This document shows, in pieces, positions 29,319 through 38,937 of a stretch of DNA of 64,000 bases. Every line of letters starts with the position of its first letter. The stretch's first letter is position 1. Source of the stretch: an uncultured bacterium (GTDB lineage Bacteria; Bipolaricaulota; Bipolaricaulia; UBA7950; UBA9294); assembly GCA_903857865.1 (NCBI GenBank), contig CAIOGO010000020.1, forward strand, positions 43,064 to 107,063, read 5' to 3'. The translations under genes and the position numbers were made by a program. The notes beneath the pieces were generated by a model that saw only the letters and a program-made list of their open reading frames with translations, searched no databases and had not been told where the DNA came from.

Positions 29319-30157
29319 GGGCAACGTCGTTAGCCTTCGCCAAACTCAACCTCTTCCTCGCGGTGCACGGGCGGCGGGAGGACGGGTTTCATGAGATCGA
29401 ATCGATTGTCCAGACCATCGACCTCGCCGATCGAATCGAGGTTGACGTCCGCCCGGGCACAGGCATCGTCGTGGAGAACACACTCGCCGACATCCCAGGT
29501 CCGGATCTCGCAGAGCGCGCCGCGGCGACATGCCTGGCCGTGAAGGAGGTCTCGCTCCACGTGGAGATCCGAATCCAGAAGGGCATTCCAGCGGGTGCCG
29601 GACTCGGTGGAGGATCGTCCGATGCCGCCGCCGTGCTCCAGTCCCTCGACCGCCTCGTTCCGCCTCGCCTTGCCGACGAGGAGCTGAGGAAACTCGCAGC
29701 CGGGATCGGCTCGGACGTCCCCCTCTTTCTCGTCGGCGGCTGCGTCCGCATCACGGGGCGAGGGGAGATCGTCGAACGGCTCCCCGGCACGCGCCGCGAG
29801 CGATTCGTGGTCGTCGTCCCTCCGATGCGATGTCCAACAGCCGACGTCTACAGAGCGTGGGCGGCGCATCGCCCCCCGCGTCCGGGCACTGCATCCGCTC
29901 TTGGATCGAACGATCTCCTGGCTCCCGCTCTCGCCGTGCGCCCGCAACTTCGCCGCTACGAAGAGGCCGTCGCCCACAGCGGAGGGCTGTACTCCGGCAT
30001 GAGCGGAAGCGGGTCCTCCTTCTACGTCGCTTTCTCTGCCGAAGATCGAGCCGACACATGCGGGCGCGAATTGCGGGAGACACTGCCGGAGTGCGCCGTG
30101 TTCGTCTGCGGCCCGACGTGCGCCGGAGTGGTGGAGCTGGAACCGGAGGGCCCATGA
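29315..30157 (+). CDS. ispE: 4-diphosphocytidyl-2-C-methyl-D-erythritol kinase
   Basis: AKLNLFL N-terminus, GHMP kinase motif PAGAGLGGGSSDAAA; ATGA overlap with upstream stop. Confidence 0.85.
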   Translation: MRATSLAFAKLNLFLAVHGRREDGFHEIESIVQTIDLADRIEVDVRPGTGIVVENTLADIPGPDLAERAAATCLAVKEVSLHVEIRIQKGIPAGAGLGGGSSDAAAVLQSLDRLVPPRLADEELRKLAAGIGSDVPLFLVGGCVRITGRGEIVERLPGTRRERFVVVVPPMRCPTADVYRAWAAHRPPRPGTASALGSNDLLAPALAVRPQLRRYEEAVAHSGGLYSGMSGSGSSFYVAFSAEDRADTCGRELRETLPECAVFVCGPTCAGVVELEPEGP

Positions 30158-30780
30158 GGATCGCGATTGACGGTCCGGCGGCGTCGGGGAAGACATCGGT
30201 CGGGCGAACGCTGGCGCAGCAATTCGGCTGTCGGTTCATCGAAACCGGGAACATGTACCGCGCGGTGGCGCTCGCCATGGCGCGCGGGCTTCCTTTGGAC
30301 GCCATGACCATCGACATCACGGAGGACGAGCGACTTCTGCTCAACGGAGAGGATGTGACGGGCCTGCTCCATACACCCGAACTGGACCAGCGTTCGTCGG
30401 AGGTCGCGACGAGGCCCGACGTTCGCACCAGGCTCGTCGCCCTGCAACGAGAGATGGCCGGCCGCCGCGATGTGGTCATGGAGGGCCGCGACATCGGGAC
30501 CGTGGTCCTCCCCGACGCCGACGTCAAGATCTTCCTTCGCGCAAGCTCCGACATCCGCGCGAGGCGGCGAGCCGGCGAGCGCGGCGATCACGATCTCGCG
30601 GGGACCATAGAGCAGCTTCGCTCCCGTGACGAACGGGACTCGACCCGGGCCATCGCGCCCTTGAACCCCGCTTCGGACGCAACTATAATCGACACCGATC
30701 AAAAGACCCTCGCAGAGGTCATTTCCGCAGCAGCTGACCTGGTCAAGGAGCATCTGAACGAGCGTTGGCACGGCGTCTAG
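30154..30780 (+). CDS. cmk: Cytidylate kinase
   Basis: P-loop IAIDGPAASGKTSV, typical length; ATGA overlap with ispE stop. Confidence 0.9.
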   Translation: MRIAIDGPAASGKTSVGRTLAQQFGCRFIETGNMYRAVALAMARGLPLDAMTIDITEDERLLLNGEDVTGLLHTPELDQRSSEVATRPDVRTRLVALQREMAGRRDVVMEGRDIGTVVLPDADVKIFLRASSDIRARRRAGERGDHDLAGTIEQLRSRDERDSTRAIAPLNPASDATIIDTDQKTLAEVISAAADLVKEHLNERWHGV

Positions 30781-31394
30781 GAATTGCATTCAAGAACGGC
30801 CTCTACACCGTTTTCGTCGTTCTTGCTGGCGTTGCGCTGCGGATCCTCTTTCGTCTTCGGGTCGAGGGACGATCGAACGTCTCGCGCAGCGAAGGCTACA
30901 TCGTTGTAGCTCGCCATCGTAGCTACTGGGACATCCCGATGGTCACAGCGGCGCTCGGCGCGACGAACCGGGTTCACTTCATCGCCCGCAAGGGATTGAT
31001 GAAATCGAATCCGCTCGTTCAACCGTTGATCCGAGCGTACTCCACGGTCATCGACCGCGAGCACTTCGGGTTGGCGGACTTCCGCCAGGTGCTTGACGCT
31101 GTCGGGCGAAAGCGCTTGGTCTTCATCTTCCCCGAGGGGACCACCCGGCACCGAGTTGACGCAAAGGGCGGCGCGGTGTACTTTGCATCGGCAGCCGGAA
31201 AGAGAATCCTTCCGATCAACATCCGGGCGGTTGGACCGTACCCGCCGAAGTACCCGTTCCAGTTTCCACGGGTGACCGTGTCGATCGGGGCGCCGATCGC
31301 CGTCGCCGACCTGGAAGGTGAGGCAGACGTCCGACGGTCGGAGAAGCTGCGCGACATGAGCGAGCGGCTCATGAAGAAGGTCGACTCCGTGTAG
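30765..31394 (+). CDS. plsC: 1-acyl-sn-glycerol-3-phosphate acyltransferase
   Basis: Acyltransferase motifs HRSYWD and FPEGTT; apparent TTG start overlapping cmk end, start uncertain. Confidence 0.75.
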   Translation: MARRLGIAFKNGLYTVFVVLAGVALRILFRLRVEGRSNVSRSEGYIVVARHRSYWDIPMVTAALGATNRVHFIARKGLMKSNPLVQPLIRAYSTVIDREHFGLADFRQVLDAVGRKRLVFIFPEGTTRHRVDAKGGAVYFASAAGKRILPINIRAVGPYPPKYPFQFPRVTVSIGAPIAVADLEGEADVRRSEKLRDMSERLMKKVDSV

Positions 31395-31414
31395 CTTGAT
31401 CTCTAGGGGTCAGT

Positions 31415-33259
31415 GTGGAAGCGATCCGGCAGGCGAAAGCCTGGCCGGGCGGCGCAGTGTGGATCTGGCAGTGGAGAATGGAACAGAAAATCAAGATGGA
31501 GGACGCTTTCTCTGAAAGCGATGTGAAGATGTACAGTCGCGGAGACACGATCTCCGGGACTGTCGTCCAAGTAGGCGACAGCGAGATCCTTGTCGACATC
31601 GGCTACAAGTCGGAAGGAATCCTGCCGGTGTCGGAGCTGTCCCCCTTCCGAGCGGGCGGGAAGATCGATGCGGGCGAGCAGATCGAGGTGCTCGTCACGT
31701 ACATCGATGAGGAGAAGGGGACCGTCTACGCGTCCGAGAAGCAGGCCGAATACGAGAAGCGCATCGACGGCCTCGAGGCCGCGTACCAAGAGGGCCACGT
31801 TATCGAGGGCGAGATTACAGGCGAGGTCAAGGGGGCCGGGTACCACGTAAATCTCGATGGCATCCGCGCCTTTCTGCCAGGCTCGCACCTCGGCAGCGAC
31901 CTGCCGAGCAGCATTGAGGAGCTGCGCGGGAAGAGAATTGCGTTCCGGATTCTCGAGCTCTCTCGCCGTGACAAGAACCTGGTCGTCTCGCACAAGGAGT
32001 ACATCAAGGACCGCGAGCGCACGAAGCGCAAGGCGCTCTTCGACTCGCTCCAGCCGGATCAGGAGATCGAGGGCGTCGTCCGCAGCGTCGTCGACTTCGG
32101 TCTGTTCGTCGATATCGGTGGTTTCGAAGGGCTCGTCCATCGATCGGAGATTGCGTGGAAGGACCTCCCCGTCCCTCCGTCCGAGTATAGAGTCGGCACG
32201 CACACCAAGGTGAAGGTCATCGACTTCGATCGTGAGAAGGGCAAGGTCTCCCTCTCGATTAAGCGTCTGCGCCCGAATCCGTGGAGCGGCATCTCGGAGC
32301 GCTACGCGACGGGCTCGCAGGTCGAAGGGAAGGTCGTCAGCGTCACCGACTTCGGCGCGTTCGTCGAGCTCGAACAAGACATCGAAGGGCTCGTCCACAT
32401 CTCAGAACTTTCGTGGGGACACCCGGAGAATCCGAAGGACGTCGTCAAAGAGGGCGACATGGTGCCCGTCATCATCCTCAGCTGTGATGAGGAGGCGCGC
32501 CGCATCAGCCTGTCGTTGCGGCGAACGCAGCGCGACCCGTGGGAGAGCGTCGAGACGAAGTACGCTCGCGGCCAGGTTGTCGCGGGAACCGTCACGAAGA
32601 TCACGGACTTTGGGGCGTTCGTGAAGCTCGAAGAGGGTGTCGAGGGACTGGTCCACGTCTCGGAGATCGACTGGGGGCATGTTAACCACCCGCGCGACGT
32701 CCTGAAGGAAGGCGAGAGCGTCCAAGTCAAGATCCTCAGCGCGGACCCGCGCGAGCGTCGCATCTCGCTCAGCATCCGCGAGCTCAAGGATAACCCGTGG
32801 CGGCGATTCATCGACAAGTTCTCGATCGATGATGTTGTGGACGGCGAGATCACCGAGATCAAAGAGTTCGGCGCCTTCATGAAGATCACCGACGAAGTCG
32901 ACGGGCTGATTCACGTCTCCGAGATCTCGAACGAGCGCATCGCCACCCCCGCCGACGTCCTCGCCGTGGGTCAGAAGATCCAAGCGAAGATCATCGGCAT
33001 CAACGAGGAGAAGCACCAGGTTCGCCTCAGCATGCGCAACCTGTTCGGCCCACCGGAGGTTCCCGCTGTCCCGACCGACGACGAAGACCGGGACCGCGCC
33101 GGACGAGGCAAGCGACGCCGCGCGACGCCCGCAGGAAAGGAACGGCCGGCGCGAGCGAGAGAGAAGGTTGATCGACGCTTCCTCGACGAGGGCGGCCACG
33201 AGTCGCTCAGCATGCGCGATCTCTTGGGCAAGACTGGGTTTGACGACGAGGCTCAATAG
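31415..33259 (+). CDS. rpsA: 30S ribosomal protein S1
   Basis: Six tandem S1 domains (repeated G.V..ItdfGaFV..e.gveGLvH.SEi); start could be GTG 31415, ATG 31478 or ATG 31496. Confidence 0.9.
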   Translation: MEAIRQAKAWPGGAVWIWQWRMEQKIKMEDAFSESDVKMYSRGDTISGTVVQVGDSEILVDIGYKSEGILPVSELSPFRAGGKIDAGEQIEVLVTYIDEEKGTVYASEKQAEYEKRIDGLEAAYQEGHVIEGEITGEVKGAGYHVNLDGIRAFLPGSHLGSDLPSSIEELRGKRIAFRILELSRRDKNLVVSHKEYIKDRERTKRKALFDSLQPDQEIEGVVRSVVDFGLFVDIGGFEGLVHRSEIAWKDLPVPPSEYRVGTHTKVKVIDFDREKGKVSLSIKRLRPNPWSGISERYATGSQVEGKVVSVTDFGAFVELEQDIEGLVHISELSWGHPENPKDVVKEGDMVPVIILSCDEEARRISLSLRRTQRDPWESVETKYARGQVVAGTVTKITDFGAFVKLEEGVEGLVHVSEIDWGHVNHPRDVLKEGESVQVKILSADPRERRISLSIRELKDNPWRRFIDKFSIDDVVDGEITEIKEFGAFMKITDEVDGLIHVSEISNERIATPADVLAVGQKIQAKIIGINEEKHQVRLSMRNLFGPPEVPAVPTDDEDRDRAGRGKRRRATPAGKERPARAREKVDRRFLDEGGHESLSMRDLLGKTGFDDEAQ

Positions 33260-33295
33260 GAAGACGAGAGCAGGTTGCAAGGAGGCTTGTAGAAG

Positions 33296-33607
33296 ATGAA
33301 CAAGGGCGAATTCATCGATCGGCTGGCGGAGAAGTCGAACCTTACGAAAAAGGAAGCGCGGAAGCTGCTTGACAACGTGCTTGATCTGGTTCAGGACTCC
33401 CTCCTGACTGGCGACGAAGTCAAGCTGGTGGGGTTCGGGAAGTTCGCCGTGCGCGCACGCAAGGCGAGCAGCCGCATCAATCCGCAGACCAAGCGGCCGA
33501 TTCAGGTGGAAGCGAAGGTCGTCCCGCTGTTCAAGCCGGGGAAGGAGCTGAAGCGCCGAATCGAGAAGGCGCTCAAGGCGGCGCCGAAGGGCGTCACAAG
33601 AAAGTAG
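33296..33607 (+). CDS. hup: HU family DNA-binding protein with Lys-rich C-terminal tail
   Basis: MNKGEFIDRLAEKSNLTKKEA...GFGKF...R.A.SRINPQT; RBS AAGGAGG before ATG. Confidence 0.9.
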   Translation: MNKGEFIDRLAEKSNLTKKEARKLLDNVLDLVQDSLLTGDEVKLVGFGKFAVRARKASSRINPQTKRPIQVEAKVVPLFKPGKELKRRIEKALKAAPKGVTRK

Positions 33608-33713
33608 CTTTCCTCGTTGGTCGGATTCTCATGGGGTGCCGGGCCGTGCGCCTGGCATCCCATTCTTCTCGCCGATCCGCGACGCGCCGCACCCGGGCCT
33701 ATGGAAGGGGTGC

Positions 33714-34346
33714 TTACGCGTTCGATTCTACCGAGAGAACGCGCAGACGCTCGGCCTCGACGATCGCGCTGAGCTCCCGAACGGCGTTCTCGATCGTGTC
33801 GTTGATCACGAGGTAGTCGAAGATCGGCAGGGCCTCGATCTCGCGCGACGCCACCCGAAGGCGCTCGGCGATCGCCGCCTCGCTTTCCGACCCGCGGGCG
33901 CGCAGTCGCTCGCCCAGCTGATCGAGGGAGGGTGGGGCGAAGAAGACGAACACGAGAACGGTCCCCGGCACCCCAACGCGGCGGAGCTCGCAGGCACCTT
34001 GGGTGTCGATGTTCAGGACGATATCGAACCCCTTGGCCGCAAGCCGCGTGATCTCGCATTCCGACGTGCCGTACTGGTCGCCGAGGTAGATCACGTGCTC
34101 GATGAACGCGCCCGCGGCGACCATTCGGTCGAAGTCGACGGTAGAGACGAAGTGGTAGTCGACCCCGTCTTCTTCGCCGGGGCGCGGCGGCCGCGTCGTG
34201 TGCGATACGGAGTAGACGAGGTCCGGGGTGTCGGTGAGAAGACGGTCGATCGCCGTGTTCTTCCCGGCTCCGGAAGGCCCGGAGACGACAAGCGCGAGAC
34301 CACTCCCCGTCCCTCTGCGGCGGGCGGCGAGCCCGCTACTCGACAT
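33714..34346 (-). CDS. gmk: Guanylate kinase
   Basis: P-loop GPSGAGK, TTRPPRPGEEDGVDYHF. Confidence 0.9.
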   Translation of the reverse strand: MSSSGLAARRRGTGSGLALVVSGPSGAGKNTAIDRLLTDTPDLVYSVSHTTRPPRPGEEDGVDYHFVSTVDFDRMVAAGAFIEHVIYLGDQYGTSECEITRLAAKGFDIVLNIDTQGACELRRVGVPGTVLVFVFFAPPSLDQLGERLRARGSESEAAIAERLRVASREIEALPIFDYLVINDTIENAVRELSAIVEAERLRVLSVESNA

Positions 34347-35199
34347 TCTGCACCTGCTCTTTCAGCTGTTCGATCGCAACCTTCATGTCGACCGTGAGGC
34401 CCGCAACCTCCCCATCTCGCACCTTCGAGCCGAGCGTGTTCACCTCGCGCAAGAGTTCCTGGGCGAGGAAGTCGAGCTCCTTGCCGACGGGGCCGCCACG
34501 CGAGAGGAGCTGGCGGACCCGAGCGACGTGGCCGCGCAGTCGGACGAGCTCCTCCTGGACGTCAAATCGATCCACGCACAGCACAATCTCCGACTCGATG
34601 CGGTCGGGGTCGACACGCAGACCCAGCTCGTCGATGCGCGCGTGGAGCTTGTCGCGCAGATCGTCCTGGATTCCCGGGAGACGGGCCTCGGCTTGCGTGC
34701 CTCGCGCCTCAAGCACATCGAGCAGGCGAGCGATCTCTTCCCCGAGCAAGTGCCCCTCTCGGCTGCGCGTCGCATCTAGGGCTCGGATGGCTTCTCCCAG
34801 AGCCGCCTCGACGGCGGGCCAGAGAGCCTCCTCGGCCTCTTGCGGCGCCTGCAGTCCGCCGGCGCGAATGAGGTCAGCCAACGTGAGGGGCTCGCGAAGC
34901 CCAAACTCCGCGCGCGCGCCTTCGAGCGCCCGCACGACGCGACGTGCCGCGTCGCGATCGAAGCCCAAGGCCGCCCCCGTCCCTACCTCTTCGCTGATCG
35001 TGAGCCAGACGCCGACGTCTCCACGGTGAAGCGCCGCGCGCACCTTCTCCTCAATCTGGGACTGCAGCCAGGGGCGGTCGGACAGCGACCGAAGGCGGAT
35101 CGAAAGGTAGCGGTGATTCACGGAGCGAAGCGTCGCCTCGACGCGCCAGCCGCCCACCGCCGCGGCTCCGCGGCCAAACCCCGTCATGCTGCGAATCAT
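34336..35199 (-). CDS. yicC: YicC family stress-induced protein
   Basis: N-terminus MIRSMTGFGRG, NHRYL; RBS AAGGAGAA before ATG at 35199; track ORF extended to 35355. Confidence 0.85.
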   Translation of the reverse strand: MIRSMTGFGRGAAAVGGWRVEATLRSVNHRYLSIRLRSLSDRPWLQSQIEEKVRAALHRGDVGVWLTISEEVGTGAALGFDRDAARRVVRALEGARAEFGLREPLTLADLIRAGGLQAPQEAEEALWPAVEAALGEAIRALDATRSREGHLLGEEIARLLDVLEARGTQAEARLPGIQDDLRDKLHARIDELGLRVDPDRIESEIVLCVDRFDVQEELVRLRGHVARVRQLLSRGGPVGKELDFLAQELLREVNTLGSKVRDGEVAGLTVDMKVAIEQLKEQVQNVE

Positions 35200-36026
35200 G
35201 AGTTCTCCTTGGCGAACAGGACCGCCGCGTACCCGACGACCGCCGACCGGTCGCCGGTGATGTCGCCCGATGTCGCGTAGTCGACGAGCGACGACCTCCC
35301 CAAGCCGAGAGTCCGGGCGAGCAGGAGAAGGACAGTGATCGCCCCCGCGCCACAAATGGAGAGCCCGCGCTCGATCGTGTGCCGATAGAAGCCCTGAGCG
35401 TCTCCAGCCAGGATAAGGTCGAGCGCCGATCGGTCGAGGGCACGTGCCGCCGCGTCCGGCTCGTAGTGCGTGAAATCACTGGACGCCACAACCCATACCC
35501 GGTCAGAGCCGAGCGCCTCCCCGAGCCGCCTCGCTCCTTCGTTCAGCGCTGACCACGGTGCGAGCTGGACGCACACCGGCACGACGGGTGTCGGCTCCGG
35601 GAAAAGGACCTGCAGGAAGGGCAGGACGACCTCCATGGAGTGCTCGCGGCGGAAGGCGTCGGGGCTGCGCGACACCCCGAGCGACACCAGACGCTCGATC
35701 GTCCCATCGTCCAGGGGAACGTCCCCGAGCGGGGTCCGCCACGCTGCGTCGCCGGGCACCACGAGTGCGTCGCCCAGCCGACTGTGGCTCGCTCCCAGGA
35801 TAATGACCGCTTCGGGCCGCCCGAACGCGGTAGCGGCGCGCAACCCGGCGCCCGCGACCCGTCCCGAGTACTCATAGCCGGCGTGCGGCACGATGAGCCC
35901 GACAGAGGATGGAGCGCGTGCAGGCGTCGGTTCCCCCAGAAGTCCCTCCACGAGCGCACGTAGGCGCGCTCGCTCCCCGGGGTAGAACGACCCCGCGACC
36001 ACCGGCTGCCGCACACCACTTCCCAT
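35196..36026 (-). CDS. MEMO1-family protein (AmmeMemoRadiSam system protein B-like)
   Basis: VVAGSFYPG, IVPHAGYEYSG, SSDFTHY; ATGA overlap with yicC; track ORF continues to 36449 across a tRNA and is truncated here. Confidence 0.75.
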   Translation of the reverse strand: MGSGVRQPVVAGSFYPGERARLRALVEGLLGEPTPARAPSSVGLIVPHAGYEYSGRVAGAGLRAATAFGRPEAVIILGASHSRLGDALVVPGDAAWRTPLGDVPLDDGTIERLVSLGVSRSPDAFRREHSMEVVLPFLQVLFPEPTPVVPVCVQLAPWSALNEGARRLGEALGSDRVWVVASSDFTHYEPDAAARALDRSALDLILAGDAQGFYRHTIERGLSICGAGAITVLLLLARTLGLGRSSLVDYATSGDITGDRSAVVGYAAVLFAKENS

Positions 36027-36110
36027 GCCGCCATTGTACCCACGCTCGTCCGCCCAGCCCAAGCGGGTCTTGACGAGAGCGCGCACCCTCGCGTACCATG
36101 CCGTCTCGTC

Positions 36111-36181
36111 TGGGAGATCGTTCAATGGCAGGACAGCAGGCTCTGGCCCTGTTAATGGGGGTTCGAATCCTCCTCTCCCAA
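36111..36181 (+). tRNA. tRNA-Gln (anticodon CUG)
   Basis: Manual fold: 7-bp acceptor TGGGAGA/TCTCCCA, D-arm GTTC-AATGGCA-GGAC, anticodon arm GCAGG-CTCTGGC-CCTGT with CTG centred after U33, T-arm GGGGG-TTCGAAT-CCTCC; no encoded CCA. Confidence 0.85.
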
Positions 36182-36226
36182 AAGGGAACCCTGAGGAGAT
36201 CCTCCTTCTCAGGGTTCCCTTTTGGG
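36182..36226 (+). terminator. Intrinsic-terminator-like hairpin directly after tRNA-Gln
   Basis: Perfect 15-bp inverted repeat AAAGGGAACCCTGAG / CTCAGGGTTCCCTTT with 12-nt loop followed by TTTTGGG. Confidence 0.5.
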
Positions 36227-36434
36227 TGCGGCGGTGAGAAGTCCCACCCCGAGGAAGGAGTTCGCGTCGGCGAACTCCCCAGTGACTGGAGAACCGAAGA
36301 GCCACTCCAGTCGCCATCCTCCTCTCCCGGTTCTGGGCGGTGAGAACCCCCAAGAGAAAGAAGGAGTTTGCGGCCACAGACTCCCGAGCAACTGGAGAGC
36401 CGAAGAACCGCTCCCGTTGCCATCCTCCTCTCCC
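36224..36434 (+). repeat. Two tandem ~105-nt units, each ending in a copy of the tRNA-Gln 3' end (ATCCTCCTCTCCC)
   Basis: ATCCTCCTCTCCC at 36167-36179 (in tRNA), 36316-36328 and 36422-36434; units also share GCGGTGAGAA, GAAGGAGTT.GCG and ACTGGAGA.CCGAAGA.CC blocks. Confidence 0.6.
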
Positions 36435-36660
36435 AACAGGTACGTGCAACGTCTGTTCCTGTCCGCGTTGACGTGCTCGCTGTTCTGATTGGCATATCTC
36501 AGACCTTCGGAGTCACTTCGCGGATTCGATCTCCTGTCCTTTCCTGCAGAAGAGTGCTGCTCGTGGATTCTGCGCCCAGCCCACTCCATCATTGGCAGGA
36601 GGACTGACTCACTGGATCGCCGGGCAAGCGCGCACACCGGGAATGCGAGGAGGGGACCCC

Positions 36661-37119
36661 ATGAAGTGCTTGACAATCAACCCCGAAGCCATCGACATCG
36701 ATGCCCTGGTAGAACGTGGAACATCACTCCACGGCCATTGCGGCCCATTCCTCGTGCTCGGCATCCGTATGGGTCTGCAGGCGCTCACTTTGCTTCATCA
36801 TCCAGGCTACTTCGGCCTCCGTGCCGAATCCGAGGCCGGTTCAACGCCACCACTCTCATGCCTCAATGACGGCATACAGGTCGGCTCTGGGTGCACGATG
36901 GGCAAAGGGAATCTCAGCATCGTCGGCAACAGCCGACCCCGCGTTCGCTTTGTTGCTGACGACGGCGCAAGTATCAGTATCGAGATCCGAGCCGATGTTC
37001 TTCGCGCTGTGCAACGTGGGGAGATTGACGAGCTCGGGACGCTATTGCGTCGCCGTCCCGCTGATGAGTTGTTCGCGTGGACAAGTCCGACCTCACCCAG
37101 TACAGCGTCATCATCGTGA
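36661..37119 (+). CDS. FmdE/FwdE-family protein
   Basis: HGHCGPFLVLGIRMG matches the FwdE-family HGHxCP...G.RM core; RBS GAGGAGGGG before ATG at 36661. Confidence 0.65.
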   Translation: MKCLTINPEAIDIDALVERGTSLHGHCGPFLVLGIRMGLQALTLLHHPGYFGLRAESEAGSTPPLSCLNDGIQVGSGCTMGKGNLSIVGNSRPRVRFVADDGASISIEIRADVLRAVQRGEIDELGTLLRRRPADELFAWTSPTSPSTASSS

Positions 37120-37381
37120 CTCGCATCCTGGAACCCGAGCGGGAGCCAGAGTCCTAAGATCGTCCTCCACTCCCAACTGGCAGCTACACGTTCGTACTCT
37201 TGCGTAGGTGCATGCATTTTCCCGGTCCGTGAGGCGCCACCTCGAATGCTCCGCTCGCCAATTGTGTTGCGGAAGTCAGTTTGTTCCTGGTCTAGCAGTG
37301 ACTGTTACACCCCGGTCATGAGGCGGGGTCCACTTCGAGGATTATGAACGTATGTGTATAATGCTCTCCTGCGGGGCGATC

Positions 37382-37843
37382 ATGGCGAGACCACAGTGTT
37401 GTCGAAGAATCGCAGCGATGCCTATTGCAGAAGCGTTTGGGCCGGTTCCCGCTTCGGCTTGCGCGCCTGATCAAGTCGTCATCACCCTCGACGAGTTCGA
37501 GGCGGTGCGCCTCGCCGATCTCGAGGAGCTCTACCAGGAACGCGCCGCCGAGAGGATGGGCGTTTCACGGCCCACGTTCAGCCGGATCATCGAGTCTGCA
37601 CACCGGAGGATTGCCGAGGCCCTGGTCAGTGGCAAGAGTCTGAGGATTGAGGGCGGTTCCGTTCGTGTACACCCGACGGGGCCATCTCGCTGCCGGCAGT
37701 GTGGACGGGAGTCGGCCGGTACGTATGAGTGCCCGCATTGCCGTGGAGACTGCAGCGTGAAGACCACGCATAAGACAGGGTCTGCTGCCTCGCAAACGAA
37801 CAAACGCAGACGCAGCCGGACCGAATCTGACCGCATTACGTAG
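37382..37843 (+). CDS. DUF134 (UPF0251) predicted DNA-binding protein with C-terminal Cys cluster
   Basis: ITLDEFEAVRLADLEELYQERAAERMGVSRPTFSRIIESAHRRIAEALVSG typical of DUF134; C-terminal CRQCG...CPHC; start among three Met candidates. Confidence 0.65.
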   Translation: MARPQCCRRIAAMPIAEAFGPVPASACAPDQVVITLDEFEAVRLADLEELYQERAAERMGVSRPTFSRIIESAHRRIAEALVSGKSLRIEGGSVRVHPTGPSRCRQCGRESAGTYECPHCRGDCSVKTTHKTGSAASQTNKRRRSRTESDRIT

Positions 37844-37881
37844 GCTGGGTACCTGGAGCACCCGGCAAAGGAGACGAGAAG

Positions 37882-38268
37882 ATGAACCTCTGCATTCCAG
37901 TGACCGAGGGCAAACGGCTTCAAAGCCCAGTGAGTGGGCACTTCGGGTCGGCGCCGTTCTTCGCGATCGTCGACCGAGACACAGGAGCCTGTCGCATTGT
38001 CCCGAATAGAGACGCCCAGCACAGCCATGGCGCATGCCAGCCACTCGCGAGTCTCGCCGGCGAAGGGGTAGACGCTGTCGTTGTTGGCGGCATAGGTGCG
38101 GGCGCGCTGAGCAAGCTGCAAGCAGCAGGCGTCAGCGTCTTCCTGTCAGAGGAGCCGACGGTCGAGGCCGTCCTAGCGGCTCTCAAGGCCGGAACACTGC
38201 AGCTGGCAACGCCCGCCACTTCCTGTGCGCACCGCCAGCACGGGCACTGTCCTGAGGAAGCCGCGTGA
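37882..38268 (+). CDS. NifB/NifX-like (dinitrogenase FeMo-cofactor-binding fold) family protein
   Basis: Small protein with GHFGSAPFFAIVD...VDAVVVGGIGAGA pattern typical of the family; RBS AAAGGAGA before ATG. Confidence 0.65.
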   Translation: MNLCIPVTEGKRLQSPVSGHFGSAPFFAIVDRDTGACRIVPNRDAQHSHGACQPLASLAGEGVDAVVVGGIGAGALSKLQAAGVSVFLSEEPTVEAVLAALKAGTLQLATPATSCAHRQHGHCPEEAA

Positions 38269-38321
38269 TGGAGTCGGGAGGAACGCCCGAGGGTAGATTC
38301 ATCGGGTGGTAGCCTTCGCCT

Positions 38322-38786
38322 GTGCAGCCACCCTGGAGGACAGCGTTGGACACGATCATCCTGTATGCGATAGCTGTCGCCTTGCTAGCGGTTTCTGCGG
38401 CCAGGGATCGCGAGAAAGCGAAACGAGCCATCCTGAAGGGCGCGAAGGCCTTCGAGAGCATACTGCCGCAGCTTGTGACGGTTCTGCTTGCCGTTGCTGC
38501 CGTCCTCGCGGTCTTCAACCCGGAGATAGTCTCGCGGGTGATCGGCGAACGATCGGGGTTCTTCGGCATCCTTGCTGCTTCCGTCGTCGGGGGGATTGCC
38601 CTCATCCCCGGGTTCGGTGCCTTCCCCGCTGCGGCGGAACTCCTGAGGAGCGGCGCGGGGACGATGCAGATCGCGGCTTTCGTGTCGTCCTTGATGATGG
38701 TTGGCGTTGTGACCCTGCCCATGGAGATCAGGTACTTCGGTCGGCGTGCGGCTATCGCGCGGAACTTGCTCGCTTGCGATTCATGA
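38322..38786 (+). CDS. Small integral membrane protein (permease-like), unknown function
   Basis: Three to four predicted TM stretches; start uncertain. Confidence 0.5.
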   Translation: MQPPWRTALDTIILYAIAVALLAVSAARDREKAKRAILKGAKAFESILPQLVTVLLAVAAVLAVFNPEIVSRVIGERSGFFGILAASVVGGIALIPGFGAFPAAAELLRSGAGTMQIAAFVSSLMMVGVVTLPMEIRYFGRRAAIARNLLACDS

Positions 38787-38937
38787 ATCAGCATCCTCGA
38801 CCCCTCCGCAGCGAATACCCCGCTAGGGTAATCCTCTGCCAGACTTCGGGTCCTTGAGGTTGGTCGGACATCTGATCTAGTCGCACCCGATACACTGAGG
38901 CGGTCGGATTCTGCTATCCTCCCCTCAAGGAGGGAGC

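Noticed and set aside
36224-36434. The two ~105-nt tandem units considered as additional tRNA or tmRNA genes
   Set aside because: No 5' acceptor strand complementary to the CTCTCCC end and no D/anticodon arms could be folded; only the 3' 13-mer is tRNA-like.
36027-36449. Upstream extension of the MEMO-like ORF and other small ORFs crossing 36100-36440
   Set aside because: They read through the tRNA-Gln, its terminator hairpin and the tandem repeats; the repeated peptides are a by-product of the DNA repeats.
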